Positions 1-13,368 of a stretch of 64,000 bases of DNA are shown here, in pieces. The position numbers and the translations under genes were made by a program. The notes under the pieces were generated by a model. That model made no database searches and was not told the origin of the DNA. It saw only the letters and a program-made list of their open reading frames with translations. The DNA comes from the human T2T-CHM13v2.0 reference genome, Homo sapiens: assembly GCF_009914755.1 (NCBI RefSeq), contig NC_060929.1. One strand, written 5' to 3'. The number at the start of each line of letters is the position of its first letter. The stretch's first letter is position 1.

Positions 1-869
1 TGAGGCATCCAGGGATCACTGTGTGGGAATTCCAGGAGCAGAGACCCAAGATGCTTTTGACTAGCAAGGGCATGGAGGGTGCCCCAGGACCATCCTTTCA
101 AACCACTCACCCTTCTAGAGCACTGGGCCTGTGATGAAAGGGGAAGCCTGAAGATCTCTAAAATACCTTTGGGGTCTTTCTTTCTCTCATTATCTTGACC
201 TGGATTCTTTTATCCATAGTAATCTCATTAGCCAGTGGTCCCTTACAAACACTCTTAATATGGTCTGCTGAACATATTTTTTGCACTCTTTGCATGGCCA
301 GGCTGCAAATTTTCCAAGCCTTTCTACTCTGCTTTCCTTTTAATTATAGATTCCATCTTTAAGTCATTTTTTCTGCCCTCGTGTCTCACTGTACACACTT
401 AAAACTAGCTAAAAAGCAGACTGAGTGCTTTGCTGCTTAAATATTTCTTAGGCAGTTCTTTGTTCATCACTCTTAAGTTATGCATTCCAAAAAGCCCTAG
501 GAGATACCATAATTTTGCCAGGCTCTTTGCTACTTTATAATAATATTGACCTTAACTCCAGGTTTTTATACCTTGTTTCTCATTTCCATCTTAGACCTTA
601 TCATAATGGCCTTCCACTGTCCATATTTTTACTAACATACTGGTCATGGCCACTTAGGTAATCTCTAAGAAGATTCAGACTTTCCCTACAGCTCTGGTCA
701 TCTGAGCCGTCAACAGAATCACCATTAAATGTCTATTGATGACAACAAAGCATTTTCCATGCTGCCCCTCCAAATTCTTCTAGCCTCGACCCATTATTCA
801 GTTCCAAAGCCACTTTCATATTTTAGTTATTTGTTATAGCAACAGCCCCACTCCTTGGTACCAATGTAC
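1..869 (-). mobile_element. MaLR internal sequence (MST/MLT1A-int type), runs off the left edge
   Basis: Motifs 'gggcctgtgatg', 'caggctgcaaattttccaa' and 'ccccactccttggtaccaat' match THE1/MST-type internal sequence in reverse orientation and abut the LTR at 870. Confidence 0.75.
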
Positions 870-1204
870 TGTTTTAGTCTGTCTTTTGCTGCTATAACAG
901 AATAACACAAACTGGATAATTTATTAAAAAATATTTCTCACAGTTCTGGAGGTTAGGAGCCAGCAGCTGGCAAGGGTAATCCCATGGTGAAAGAGAAGAA
1001 GGTAGAAGTGCACACATAAGACAGAGAAAAGACGGGGCCAAACTCCCAGAACAACTAATCCACCCACACAATAATAGCATTAATCCATTCACAATGGTGC
1101 AACTTTATTGCCTAAGCACCTCTTAAAGGCCTCACCTCTTAATATTGCTACAGTGGCAATTAAATTTCAACATGAGTTTTGGCAGGGACATTCAAACCAT
1201 AGCA
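870..1204 (-). mobile_element. MaLR LTR (MSTD/MLT1A-like), 5' LTR of the provirus
   Basis: 'tgttttagtc...gctgctataacagaata...ctcacagttctggagg...gggacattcaaaccatagca', the typical reverse-strand MaLR LTR termini. Confidence 0.8.
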
Positions 1205-1218
1205 CGTATACCAAACAA

Positions 1219-3722
1219 TTTATTTTCTTCAACTTTAAAGTTCTAGGTTACAAGTGCAGGATGTGCAGGTTTGTTACATAGGTAAATGTGTGCCATGTTG
1301 GTTTGCTGCACAGATCAACCCACCACCTAGTTATTAAGCCCAGCATGCATTAACTATTTTTCCTGATGCTCTCCCTCCCATCGCACTCACCCAACAAGCC
1401 CCAGTGTGTGTTGTTCCCCTTTATGTGTCCATGTGTTCTCATCATTCAACTCCCACTTACAAGTGAGAATCTGTGGTGTTTGGTTTTCTGTTCCCGCGTT
1501 AGTTTGCTGAGGATAATGGCTTTCAGCTCCATCTATGCCCCTGCAAAGGACACAATCTCATTCCTTTTTATGGTTGCGTAGTATTCCATGCTGTATATGT
1601 ACCACATTTTCTGTATGCAGTCTATCATTGGTGGGCATTTGTGTTGATTCCATGTCTTTGCCATTGTGAATAGTGCTGCAACGAATATATGCATGCATGT
1701 ATCTTTATAATAGAATTATTTATATTCCTTAGAGTATATACTGAGTAATGGGATTGCTGGGACAAATGGTATTTCTGCTTCTAGATCTTTGAGGAATTGC
1801 CATGCTGTCTTCCACTATGGTTGAACAAATTTACACGCCCAACAACAGTGTAAAAGAATTTCATTTCCTCTGTAACCTCACCAGGATCGGTTGTTTCTTG
1901 ACTTTTTAAATAATTGCCATTCTGACTTGTGGGAGATGGTATCTCACTTTGCCTTCGATTTGCATTTCTCTAATGCTTAGCTTTTTGTCATGTTTTTTGG
2001 CCACATGAATGTCTTCTTTTGAGAAGTGCCTGTTCATGTTCTTTGCCAACTTTTTAATGGGTTTTCTTTTCCTGAAAATGTTTTATAAGTTCCTTGTATA
2101 CTCTGGATATTAGACCTTTGTCAGATGGATAGATTGCAAAAATTGTCTTTCATTCTGTTGATTGTCTGTTCACTCTGATGATAGTTTCTTTTGCTGTGCA
2201 GAAGCTCTTTAGTTTAATTAGATCCCACTAGTCAATTTTTGCTTTTGTTGCAATTGCTTTTGGTGTTTTCATCACTAAATTTTTTCCCGTGCCTATGTCC
2301 TAAGTTGTTTTGCCTAGATATTCTTCTAGGGTTTTTATAGTTTTGCATTTTACAGTTAAGTCTTTAATTCATCTTGAGTTAATTTTTGTGTAAGGTATAA
2401 GGAAAAGGTCCAGTTTCAGTTTTCTGCATATGGCTAGCCAGTTATCCCAGCACCATTTAGTAAACAGTGAATTCTTTCCCCATTACTTGTTTTTGTCAGA
2501 TATGTTGAAGATCAGATGGTTGTAGATATGCGGTCTTATTTCTGAGTTCCCTATTCTCTTCCATTGGTCTATGTGTCTGTTTTTGTACCAGTACCATGCT
2601 GTTTTGATTACTACAGCCTTGTAGCATAGCTTGAAGTTGGGTAGTGTGATGCCTCCAGCTTTGCTCTTTTTGCTTAGGACTGTCTTGGCTATTCAGGCTC
2701 TTATTTGATTCCACATGAATTTTAAAATATTTTTTTCTGATTTTGTGAAGAATGTAAATCATAGTTTAACGGGAATAGCATTGAATCTATAAATTACTCT
2801 AGGCACTATGGCCATTTTAACAATATTGATTCTTCCTATCCATGAGCATGGAATGTTTTTCCATTTGCTTGTGTCCTCTCTGATTTCCTTGACCAGTGGT
2901 TTATAACTCTCCCATAGAGGTCATTCACTTCTTTTGTTAGCTGTATTCCTAGGTATTTTATTTTCTTTGTAAAAAATGTAAATTGGAGTTCATTCATGAT
3001 TTGGTTATCTGTTTATCTGTTGTCGGAGTATAGGAATGCTAGTGATTTTTGCACGTTGACTTTGTATCTAAAGACTTTGCTAAAGTTGCTTATCAGCTTA
3101 AGAAGCTTTTGGGCCGAGATGACAGGCCTTTCTAGATATAGGATCATGTCATTTGCAAAGAAAGATAATTTGACTTTCTCTCTTTTGATTTGAAAAGCCT
3201 TTATTTATTTCTCTTGCCTAATTGCCCTGTCCAGAACTTGCAATACTATGTTGAACAGCAGTGGTGAGAGAGGGCATCCTTTCTTTTGCCAGTTTTCAAG
3301 GGGAATGCTTGAAATTCCAGCTTTTGCCCATCAGTGTGATATTGGCTGTGGGTTTGTCATAGGCGGCTCTTATTATTTTGAGGTATTTTTCTTCAACACC
3401 TAGTTTATTGAGAGTTTTAAACATGAAAGGATATTGAATTTTATTGAAGGCCTTTTCTGTGTCCTTTGAGATAATCATGTAGTCTTTGTCTTTAGTTCTG
3501 TTTATGTGATGAATTACATTTATTGATTTGTGTATGTTCAACCAACCTTGCTTCCCAGGGATGGAGCCAACTTGATCGTGGTAGATAAGTTTTTTGATGT
3601 GCTGCTGGATTCAGTTTGCCAGTATGTTATTGAGGATTTTTGCATCGATGTTCATCAGAGATATTGACCTCAAGTTTTTTTTTTTGGTTGTATCTCTGCC
3701 AGGTTTTGGTATCAGGATGATG
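1219..3722 (-). mobile_element. L1PA (about PA10-PA13) 3' UTR plus 3' ORF2; non-inverted arm of a 5'-inverted insertion
   Basis: T-rich tail, 3' UTR 'cagatcaaccc...attaagcccagcatgcatta', and ORF2 RT fragments on the minus strand (3296-3541 [13 protein letters not shown]). Confidence 0.9.
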
Positions 3723-3745
3723 TTTGTTTTCTACTTGTAATAATT

Positions 3746-4082
3746 ACTGGGTAACTTAGAAAGGAAAAGAGGTTCAATTGACTCACAGTTCAGCATGGCT
3801 GAGGAGGCCTCAGAAAACTTACAATCATGAAATAAGTTGAAAGGAAAGCAAGGCACCTTCTTGCAGGGCAGCAGGAAGAAGAAGTGCCCAGTAAAGGGGG
3901 AAGAGCCCCTTATGAATCTATCAGATCTTGTAAGAACTCACTCACTATTATGAGAATAGCATGGGGCAAACCAGCCCCATGATTCAATTAACTACACCTT
4001 GTCTCTCCCTTGACTTGTGGGGATTATGGGGATTACAAGTCAAGATGAGATCTGTGTGGGGACACAAAGCCTAACAATATCA
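3746..4082 (-). mobile_element. THE1 (C/D-like) MaLR LTR, 3' terminus missing
   Basis: 'actgggtaa...aaagagg...gactcacagttcagcatggctg...gggacacaaagcctaacaatatca'. Confidence 0.85.
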
Positions 4083-4236
<154 letters not shown>

Positions 4237-5374
4237 TAAAATAATTTTTACTTAGCCTGATTTCCACTTTAGAAATATGCAAGTACATATCTGGTTTGTC
4301 AGCAGGTATTATAAGTCTCCATTAAACTCATGTAAATACTGCTTTACTTGACAAGAATTTAATTAAACATACAGTTGGGGTATAAAAAATAAAATAAAAA
4401 CAACAATAAAAGATTTGGAAATATATTAGGTAATAATTTAATTGTAAAATCACTCTAAAATTTTATTTTTATACATGCAATAACTTTATCTTAAAGTAAG
4501 AGTACAGTTTAATAAAAATAATATTTTCATATAGATTATAGTGCTTTAATTGCATTTTAAATATATAAGGAGTTATAATATTTTTAGCAATCCCAAACTA
4601 CATTTGTGAAGTTTATTATCTTCAAAAATAATTCTTTTTCCAATAACTTTAATTTGGAAATGTTTACAAGAACAGTTTCATGATTCATAGTCATGGTAAA
4701 TACTGTTACCCAGATAATCATGAAAAATGATTATGTAACTAGCCATTTGTACTATTTATATATTTAGGTTCCTCTTTCTGTTTTGCAACCCTATCTGAAA
4801 TTTTGAATTGGACAAAGCAATCATCATGAACAATGCATATTTGGAGCAGAGAATGGCTCTGAATTTATGGCTTATAAATAATCTTCCACACTTTTTCCTT
4901 CCAGCAGGCTTTTGTTCTAATGCTATATTCCAGAGCCATCATATGAAGATTGGACTACATTTTAGTCATTCTGGGTGCAAGAAAAGAGACAGCTATGTTT
5001 CATTCTTCCCAACTAATAGTTGTGATGAATTAGATTAATTTGCTATGCCCCTGCTTATTTTTGTAATTAAAGATTTTGTGTAATTAGAAAAAACATTTTG
5101 ACTAAGTCTTTCAGACCTAGGTGCAAATAATTAAAAAACTAAAGGTCAAGTATTCTATTTCAAAATTTCTGGAAGTACTCACATTCGATTGATCCATACT
5201 TGACCAAATTGTTCAGAAAACTGAATCTGAGCATTTGAAAATATTTATAATCTTGTCTGTTCTGTTTTTTCTCTTTGGTTATTTAAAATATCTTTATAGA
5301 ATATCCTTACTATGTGTCCCTCCATTCCTAACACTTACATCACTGCTTGATTTTTGAATATTGTACGCTCTCCC

Positions 5375-6215
5375 ATAGTTCTATTGTACAAAATCGTGAC
5401 TGTAATTAATAACAATTTATTGTATACTTGGAAATCATTAACAGAGTAAATTTTTAGCGTTCTCACCACAGACAAATAAGTATGTGAGAAAATGAATATG
5501 TTAATTAGCTTGATTTAGTCATTTTACAATGTATACTTATTTCAAAACATCATAGTGGGAGTGTAAATTAGTTCCACCATTGTGGAATACAGTGTGGCAA
5601 TTCCTCAAGGATCTACAACTAGAAATACCATTTGACCCAGCAATCCCATTACTGGGTATATACCCAAAGGATTATAAATCATGCTGCTATAAAGACACAT
5701 GCACAAATATGTTTATTGAGGCACTGTTCACAATAGCAAAGGCATGGAACCAACCCAAATGCCCATCAATGATAGACTGGATAAAGAAAATGTGGCACAT
5801 ATACACCATGGAATACTATGCAGCCATAAAAAATGATGAGTTCATGTCCTTTGCAGGGACACGGAAGACACTGGAAACCCTCATTTTCAGCAAACTAACA
5901 CAAGGACAGAAAACCAAACACTGCATGTTCTCACTCATAAGTGGTAGCTGAACAATGAGAACACATGGACACATGGAGGGGAACATCACACACCCGGGCC
6001 TATTGTGGGGTGGGGGGCTAGGGGAGGGATAACATTAGGAGAAATAACTAAGGTAGGTGACAGGTTGATGGGTGCAGCAAACCACCATGGCACGTGTACA
6101 CCTATGTAACAAACTTGCACGTTCTGCACATGTATCCCAGAACTTAAAGCATAATAAAAAAAACATGTTGTTCACCATAAATATATACAATTACTTTATC
6201 AATTACAACTAAATA
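5375..6215 (+). mobile_element. L1MA-type 3' end, split by an L1PA insertion
   Basis: 'ttctcaccacagacaaataagtatgtgag...ttcaaaacatcat' resumes after the insert as 'gttgttcaccataaatatatacaa'. Confidence 0.75.
5554..6162 (+). mobile_element. 5'-truncated L1PA6/7-like element
   Basis: ORF2 C-terminus (5580-5951), 3' UTR G-tract, 'agaacttaaagcataataaaaaaaa'; 'aaaacat' is repeated on both flanks. Confidence 0.9.
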
Positions 6216-6415
6216 AGTAGGTCATAAATGGTGGCATATATTCTTCATCTTATATATTTGGCTTATTGAAAGGTGTTTGAATTTGTTTACTTAAAAATAG
6301 CTGTTGGATGATTGCATAATGAATTGAAAAATAAAACGAAATAATTCCTTGAACTAGTCACAATTTATCTTCTCTTCTCTGAAATCCCTCCAAATTCTTC
6401 TATGCTATTTTGTCT

Positions 6416-6442
6416 GTGTGTGTGTGTGTGCGTGTGTGTGTG
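6416..6442. repeat. (TG)n microsatellite, one interruption
   Basis: tgtgtgtgtgtgtgtgcgtgtgtgtgtg read directly. Confidence 0.95.
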
Positions 6443-7844
6443 AACAACCTTGACACCATTAGGAGCTCCAATTCACCTACTCCTAAGACTGTATGTATGT
6501 GCATTTGTATGTGCAGCTCAAGGATTCTCTCCAAGCCCAGTCTCATAACTGCTCTGAATTCTCTAGTTTTGATGGGGTATTTTGTTACTCTGCTTTGTTA
6601 CCCTCAAATTCTGACATTCTTCTTAGCCCAGTTTGGTTCTTTTTTTTCCTAGTTACTGCGTCTTGGATAACCCTTTTCCCATGTTCATGTCTGTCTATAT
6701 CTAAAGTCTACTTTACACAGCTGCAATACATTTTTTCCCCTGCATATCCATACATTTTTATCTTTCTAAACAGTTTATAAATTGAACTTTTTGATAGTGT
6801 GTTCTCTCTTAGAAAAAAACCCTTTATTCAAACTGTTCACAAAAGATACTTTGCACTTTATTTTCAAGTGATGCAGATAGTTAGAAATTAGATAAATATA
6901 AAATCACAAAATTGTATTATTTTTACAGATACAATTTAAACACATAACTGTATATTCATACCTAATATACAAATTTATACATTTTAAAATGTCAAAAAAT
7001 TTAATTTGAACATTTTACTTTTAAAATTTACTTTTGAATCAGACAAAGCAATCATCACAAACAACACATATTTTGAACAAAATATAAAATTATAATAGAA
7101 GTCAAACTTAGAAATGGCCCTGCATATATGATTCATAATAAGTTGTTTATTTTTAGTAATACAGTTCTTTTGAGACAATAACATATACCTTGTAGAGCTA
7201 GTCAAGCACATTCTTTTAATAAATTGTGGAGCAGCTGCAAATTTGGTAAAAAAAATCTAATGAATGAAACACATTAATGAGCTTTATAGTCTTGGTCATT
7301 GGAGAAGGCCAGGAAGAAAATCCCTCCCTTGTACCACAAGATTTTTTTTTTCTGTAATGTAAAAACCCACTCTCCTGTATAACCATGTCCATGCTTAACT
7401 GTGAAGGGTGACCAAGATTGCAGTAGCCTTCATCTGGTCATTCTCTGAAACCATTAATAAAGTTACTCGACATATATACTTATTGTGTCAATATACATAT
7501 TCCCAAAGCTAGGCTATCCAGAGCACCCCAATCACCGTTTCCATCTATCCCCCTGTGCCATAAATACAAACTTTTATATCCAGTATGCATATTGACAATT
7601 GTCTTTGTTGAGGTCTGGCATTGTTCCCATTCAGATTTATGTAGGTTCTAAGAAGAGGGTAACATGGAGAAAGGAACTATATAATACACTCTTCCATTTG
7701 TGTTTTGTTTTTGCCTTGGAAAAGTCAGCTAACAGCTTGTCCAAAATACCTGGTCTTCTCAAACCACTGTCAAAGGACATTTGTTATTCATAATGATTAA
7801 TAACAAAAATGCAATTTGATATGCTATTTTAATTTTATAACAGA

Positions 7845-10085
7845 TTTTATTTTTAAAGCAGTTTTAGGTTCAGAGAGAAATTAAGAAGGTACAACAATTT
7901 CCTATATACCTCAGTCTCCCACACAAGCATAGTCCCTCATTATTAGCATCTCCCACCAGAATGGTGCATTTGTTACAACTGATGAACCTATATTGACACA
8001 TCTTTATTACTCAGTGTCCATAATTTACATTAAGTTTCACTCTTGGTGTTGTACATTTTATGAGTTTGTACAAAAGTACAATGATGTGTGTGTTGCATTA
8101 TATTATTATACAGAACAGTTACATTGCCCTAAAAATCCTCTGTGCTCCATCTACTCACCTGTCTCTCTCCCAACCCCTGACAATCACTGAATCTTTTTAC
8201 TGTCTCCATAGTTTTGCCTTTTCCAGAATGTCATATAGTTGGAATCATATAGTACATGATATTTTCAAATTGGCTTCTTTCATTTAATAATATGCATTTA
8301 AACTTCCTCCTAGCCTTTTTATGACTTAATTACTTCTTTCTTTTTAGCACAAAATAATATTACATTGTCTGGGTGCACCGTAGTTTATTAATCTATTCTC
8401 CTACTGATGGGCATCTTAGCTGCTTCCAATTTGGGGCAACTATTAATAAAGCTGAAGTTTTTTTGTGGACATACATCTTCAATTTTTCAATTATCTTGGG
8501 TGAATATCAAGAAATGTGTTGTCTATACGGCATACTAAGAGTATGTTTGGTTTTGCAAGAAACCACCAAACTGTCTTCCAAAGTGGCTGCATCATTTTGT
8601 ATTCCCACCAGCAATAGATGAGAGTTCCAGTGCTGCACATCCTCATCAACATTTTATACTGTCAGTGTTCTGAATTTTGGCCATTCTAATAGGTGTGCAG
8701 TGATATACCATTTAATTTGCATTTCCTTGATGAACTAGGATAAGGAGCATCTTTTCATATCCTTATTCTGTATATTTTCTTTGGTGAGGTGTCTGTCAAT
8801 GTCTTTAGCAAATTTTTCATTTTTTTTTTCTTATTACTGAATTTTAAGACTCTTTTGTGTATTGGGGATAAGAGTCCTTTATCTGATATGCCTTTTGAAA
8901 ATAATTTCTTTAAGTCTGTGTCTTGACTTTTTATTCTCTTTCTTAGAGCAGAATTTTTTTTTATTTTAATGAAGTAGAGCTTATCAGCTCTGTTTTTCAT
9001 AGATCATGTCTTTGGTGTTATGATTTAAATGTCATTGTCAAACCCAAAGCTATCTAGCTTTTCTCCTGTATTATCTTCTGGGAGTTGTATAGTTTTTTGT
9101 TTTACCTTGAGCTCTATGATCAATTTTGAATTCATTTTCTTGAAGGTGTATGGTCTGTACCTAGATTAATATGTTTGCATGCAGATGCCCAGTTTTTCCA
9201 GCACCATTCGTTGAAAACAACAACAAAAGCAACTCGGATCTGTTGTATTGCACTTGCTCCTTTTTCAAATATTGGTTTACTGTATTTATGTTGATTTATT
9301 TATGGGCTCTTTATCCTGTTCCATTAATCTATTTGTCTTGTTTTGTTAACTGATGTCACACTGTCTCAATTACTGTAGCTTTATAGTAAGTCTTGAAGTC
9401 AAGTAGTGTCAGCCGTTCAGCTTTTTTCTTCTCTTTCAATGTTGTGTTGGCTACACTGTGTCTTTTACCTCTCTATATAAACTCTACAATCAGGTTGTTG
9501 AAATCTACAAAATAACTTGCTAGGGTTTTGATTGGGATTATGTTGAATTTGTAGATCCAGTTGGTAAGAATTGAAAACTTCACAATATTAAATTTTCTAT
9601 CCATTAACATGGAGTATCTCTTATTTAGTTATTCTTTGATTTTTTTATTTGAATTTTGTAGTTTTTCTCGCATATGATATATACATATTTTGTTAAATTT
9701 TTACCTAAGCATTTTATTTTGGGGGAAGCTAGTGTAAATGATATTAACTTTTTATTTTCAGATTCTATTTGTTCATTACTTGTATATACAAAAGCATCTG
9801 ACTTCTGTGTATTACTGTTGTATCATTCAACCTTACTATAACTACTTGTTCCAGGTGAGGTTTTTGTTGTTGCTGCTGATTTTTCTGGATTTTCTGCATA
9901 GATGATCAAGTCTTCAAGGAACAAAGAGTTTTATTTCTTCCTTTCTACCATTTTATTTTATTTTATTGTCTTATTTCATTAAGACAAGACTTTGGGTATG
10001 CTTTTAAGATGAGTGGTTGACATCTTTGTCTCGTTCCTATTCTTAATGGAAAAGCTTTGGGTTTCTCAACATTAAGTATGATGTA
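7845..10085 (-). mobile_element. L1MC1/2-like 3' end and decayed ORF2
   Basis: 'agcagttttaggttcag...cccaccagaatggtgcatttgttacaactgatgaacct...ccctaaaaatcctctgtgctcc' matches the L1MC 3' UTR; ORF2-like sequence follows. Confidence 0.8.
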
Positions 10086-10399
10086 CTGACAGTGCTAAAA
10101 TAATTGAATTTTATTTCTAATTTTTTATCAGCTTTAACTATCAATATAATTTTCAATTATAATGTTTTCAAGTCATTTTTCTCTCTCCTGTTGAATATCA
10201 TATCTGAGCACTTCAAGTTTGTGATATTTTGACTACAGCATTCCCCACAAATCTATTTATTTATCTATTTACCTAAATTGAAATAGCAAAGTGATAAGAG
10301 TTTGAATATATTAGTAAAATGGCCTTCCTCAAACAGGCCTATACTTATGTCTCTGAATAGAAACTGAATGCTTCAATGTTACTTTTCTCAACATGAATT

Positions 10400-10495
10400 T
10401 GATTACTTCACAATATATACATATATTGAAACATCATGTTGTATCCCATAAATCCATGTAATTATTATTTTCCAATTAAAAATAAAACTTAACAA
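10400..10495 (+). mobile_element. Short L1MA-type 3' tail fragment
   Basis: 'acatatattgaaacatcatgttgtatcccataaat...caattaaaaataaaa'. Confidence 0.55.
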
Positions 10496-10992
10496 AGAAA
10501 ATGCCAGAGTCTTACAATATTGTTTTTCATTGCCAGATTTTGAAAAACAATGTGTATTTTCTTAAAAAAAAATCCATGAACTGAAATTGTAAAGGTAAAA
10601 ATGAACTTTATATAGAACTGGGAATACATTAAAATAATGGACAGCTGCTTCCTTCCTGCTAATTGAGTTTCAAATAACTTTCAGTTATTTGAAAATAAAC
10701 ATATAAAAAAGTATGTCATCTGTATATCCACATAAATGATTACTCTTATTACTCAACGTATATATACAGTTCATGTCATCAAAAATTTGTCATTTATTAT
10801 TAAACACCTTGAAGGAGCTGAGTATAGGAACTACACAGTTCAATTTTGATTGTGAATCTAAAGGGACTTAGAGTTGGATTGCCTCCCTGTCTCAAACATC
10901 CAAGGGAGAAACCTCAATACTCTCCGCTACTGTCTCAGACTAAAATGTTGTAATTATATTAAGTTGCTGCCTTCTGACAGCTAGAAAGTGCT

Positions 10993-10994
<2 letters not shown>

Positions 10995-11023
<29 letters not shown>

Positions 11024-11306
11024 GAGATGGAGTTTTGCTCTGTCACCCAGGCTGGAGTTCAGTGGCGTGATCTTGGCTCACTGCAACCTCCGCCTCCCTG
11101 GTCCAAGTGATTCTCCTGCCTCAGCCTCCTGAGTGGCTGGGACTACAGGCGAGCACCATCAAACCCAGCTAATTTTTGTAGTTTTAGTAGAAACAGGGTT
11201 TCGCCATGTTGGCAAGGAGATGGTCTTGATCTCTTGACCCCGTGATCCGCCTGCCTAGGCCTCCCAAAGTGCTGGGATTACAGGCATGAACCACCACAAC
11301 CCGGCT
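10995..11306 (-). mobile_element. AluS (Sc/Sg-like)
   Basis: Long poly(T), full dimer, 'ctgcaacctcc', and the short 'gaccccgtgatcc' variant. No clear TSD. Confidence 0.95.
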
Positions 11307-12130
11307 TTTCAAAAGACATACATGTGGCCAAAAATCACATGAAAAAAAGTTCAACCTCACTGATCATTAGAGAAATGTAAATAAAAATCACAATGAGATA
11401 CCATCTCACTCCAGTCAGAATAGTTATCATTAAAAAGTCAAAGAATAACAGATGCTGGTGAGGCTGTGAAGAAAATGGGACACTTACACACTGTTGATGG
11501 GAGTGTATATTAGTTCAACCATTGTGAAAGACAGTGTGGCAATTCCTCAAAGACCTAAAGACAGAAATGTCATTCAACTCAGCAATCCCATTACTGGGTA
11601 TATACCAAAAGAGTGTAAATCATTCTATTACAAAGAGACATGCATGCATATGTTCATTATAGCACTATTCACAATAGCAAAGACAGGGAATCAACATAAA
11701 TGCCCATCCATGATAGACTTCATAACAAAAAGGTGGTACAAAACACCATGGAATACTACACAGCCATAAGAAAGAATGAGATCATGTCCTTTTCAGGGAC
11801 GTGCATGGAGCTGGAGACCATTATCCTTAGAAAACTAACACAGGGACAGAAAACCAAATACTGCATGTTCTTACTTATAAGTGGGCCCTAAATGATTAAA
11901 ACACATGGACACATAGAAGGCAACAACACACACTGGGGTCTATCAGAGGATGGATGGTAGTAGGAGGGAGAGGATCAGGAAAAGTAACTAATGGGTACTA
12001 GTTTAAGTATCTGAGTGATAAAATAATCTGTACAACAAACAACCATGACACAAGTTTACCTGTGCAACAGACTGCACATGTACCCCTGAGCTTAAAGAAG
12101 TTGAAAAAGATAAAAAATAAAAATAAAAAG
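11307..12130 (+). mobile_element. 5'-truncated L1PA13-15-like element
   Basis: ORF2 end, 3' UTR 'ggagggagaggatcaggaaaagtaactaatgggtactag...aaataatctgtacaacaaac', A-rich tail. Confidence 0.88.
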
Positions 12131-12149
12131 TTAAAATCCCTTTTAAAAA

Positions 12150-12430
12150 ATAAATAGAAGTTCGTTATTGAAATCTAGCTGATCAATCTTTTCCTTTTGG
12201 GTTAATGCTTTATTAACAAAGTTAACAAGACTTTCCCTACCATAAAGTCATGAAGATAATCAACTATTTTATCAACTAAATATTTTCCTATTTTACTTCC
12301 CACATTGAGATCTGCACATTTTAGAACCATTTTTTATAGTATAGTTTGCAACATTTATCAAGGTTCTTTTTTTCCCATACTGATTTTTAATTTTCTATCA
12401 CTTATTGAAAATGATATTTTTTCCCTACTC
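12150..12430 (-). mobile_element. Very old L1M ORF2 remnant
   Basis: Degenerate 'ctttccctaccataaagtcatgaagata...cacttattgaaaa...ttccc' pattern of antisense L1M. Confidence 0.45.
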
Positions 12431-12448
12431 TGAATCATACCCAATTTC

Positions 12449-12699
12449 TAGAGATGTCACATAAAATACAGGGCTCCCAGTTACATTCAAATTTCAGATA
12501 AACAACAAATTTTTTTAGTACAAGTATGTTCTAAATGAATTGAAATATTGCATGAGACATATTATATTGCAAGATACACATTTGTACTAAAATATTGCTA
12601 TATTTAATTTTTGTTATATAAAATATAAATGTTATATCTGATACTGAAATGTAACTTGGTAAAGTATCTTGAACTTTTTCACTAACTCTGGAACACTCT
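12449..12699 (-). mobile_element. MER53-like palindromic hAT MITE with internal expansion
   Basis: 'taaaatacagggctcccagttacattcaaatttcagataaacaacaaatttttttagtacaagtatgtt' with a degenerate inverted arm 'tgttatatctgatactgaaatgtaacttgg...ctctggaacactct'. Confidence 0.75.
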
Positions 12700-12876
12700 C
12701 GATTCCAAAATTTCATATAAACAGAATCAGCATTTAGGGACACACAATATTATTTATCTCTTTATACCTTCAAGTTACTAAGGAAAAACTCTGTCATCAG
12801 TATGGAATTGGGGATAGGTGGTTATACCATAGGTGTTACGGGGGTTAGGGTCAGATTTATGAACCATGATCTGGGG

Positions 12877-13368
12877 CAAGGCTCTTTGATAGAAATATAT
12901 TGTGGGCTACATATGTAATTTTAAATTTACAATTAGTCATATTCAAAAAGTACAAAGAAACAGATGCTATAAATACTATCACTATAGTATATTTTATTTA
13001 AATAAATATATCCTAAATGTTATTTCAAAATGTAATAAATATTATTAGATAGAGTAATGAGATAATTTCATAATTTTTTCATATGAAATACTTGAAATAT
13101 AATGTATATTTGAATTCAGGTGCTACATTTTCATCAGAAATACTTAACCTCAAATTAAATATAAATATAAATTTACTTTAAAAAGTAGAGCCCTATATCC
13201 AACTGTTTCAAAGTTACTTAAAAGTTTTGTCATAATTGGAATAAATATGTCTTTAAATTTAAATTTATATTAAAGGAAATTAAATATTCAGATTACTAGT
13301 AGCCATAGTCATATTTAAAATGCTCAATAGCCAGAAGTTCTGGGTGGCTACTCTAATGGATAGCACAG
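12877..13368. mobile_element. MER33/Charlie5-type hAT DNA transposon derivative
   Basis: 'atagaaatata...gctacatatgtaattttaaattt' start, 'tgctcaatagcc...gtggctact...atggatagcacag' end; right flank 'gtctagag' fits the Charlie target preference. Confidence 0.75.

Noticed and set aside
5580-5951. Similar ORFs at 5580, 16588, 35131, 55966 and 62826 suggesting a repeated gene family
   Set aside because: All are the L1 ORF2 C-terminus ([15 protein letters not shown]...) in truncated L1 copies.
6984-7211. 75-aa minus-strand ORF over the dispersed repeat, considered as a transposase remnant
   Set aside because: I could not recognise any transposase motif by eye; a profile search would be needed.
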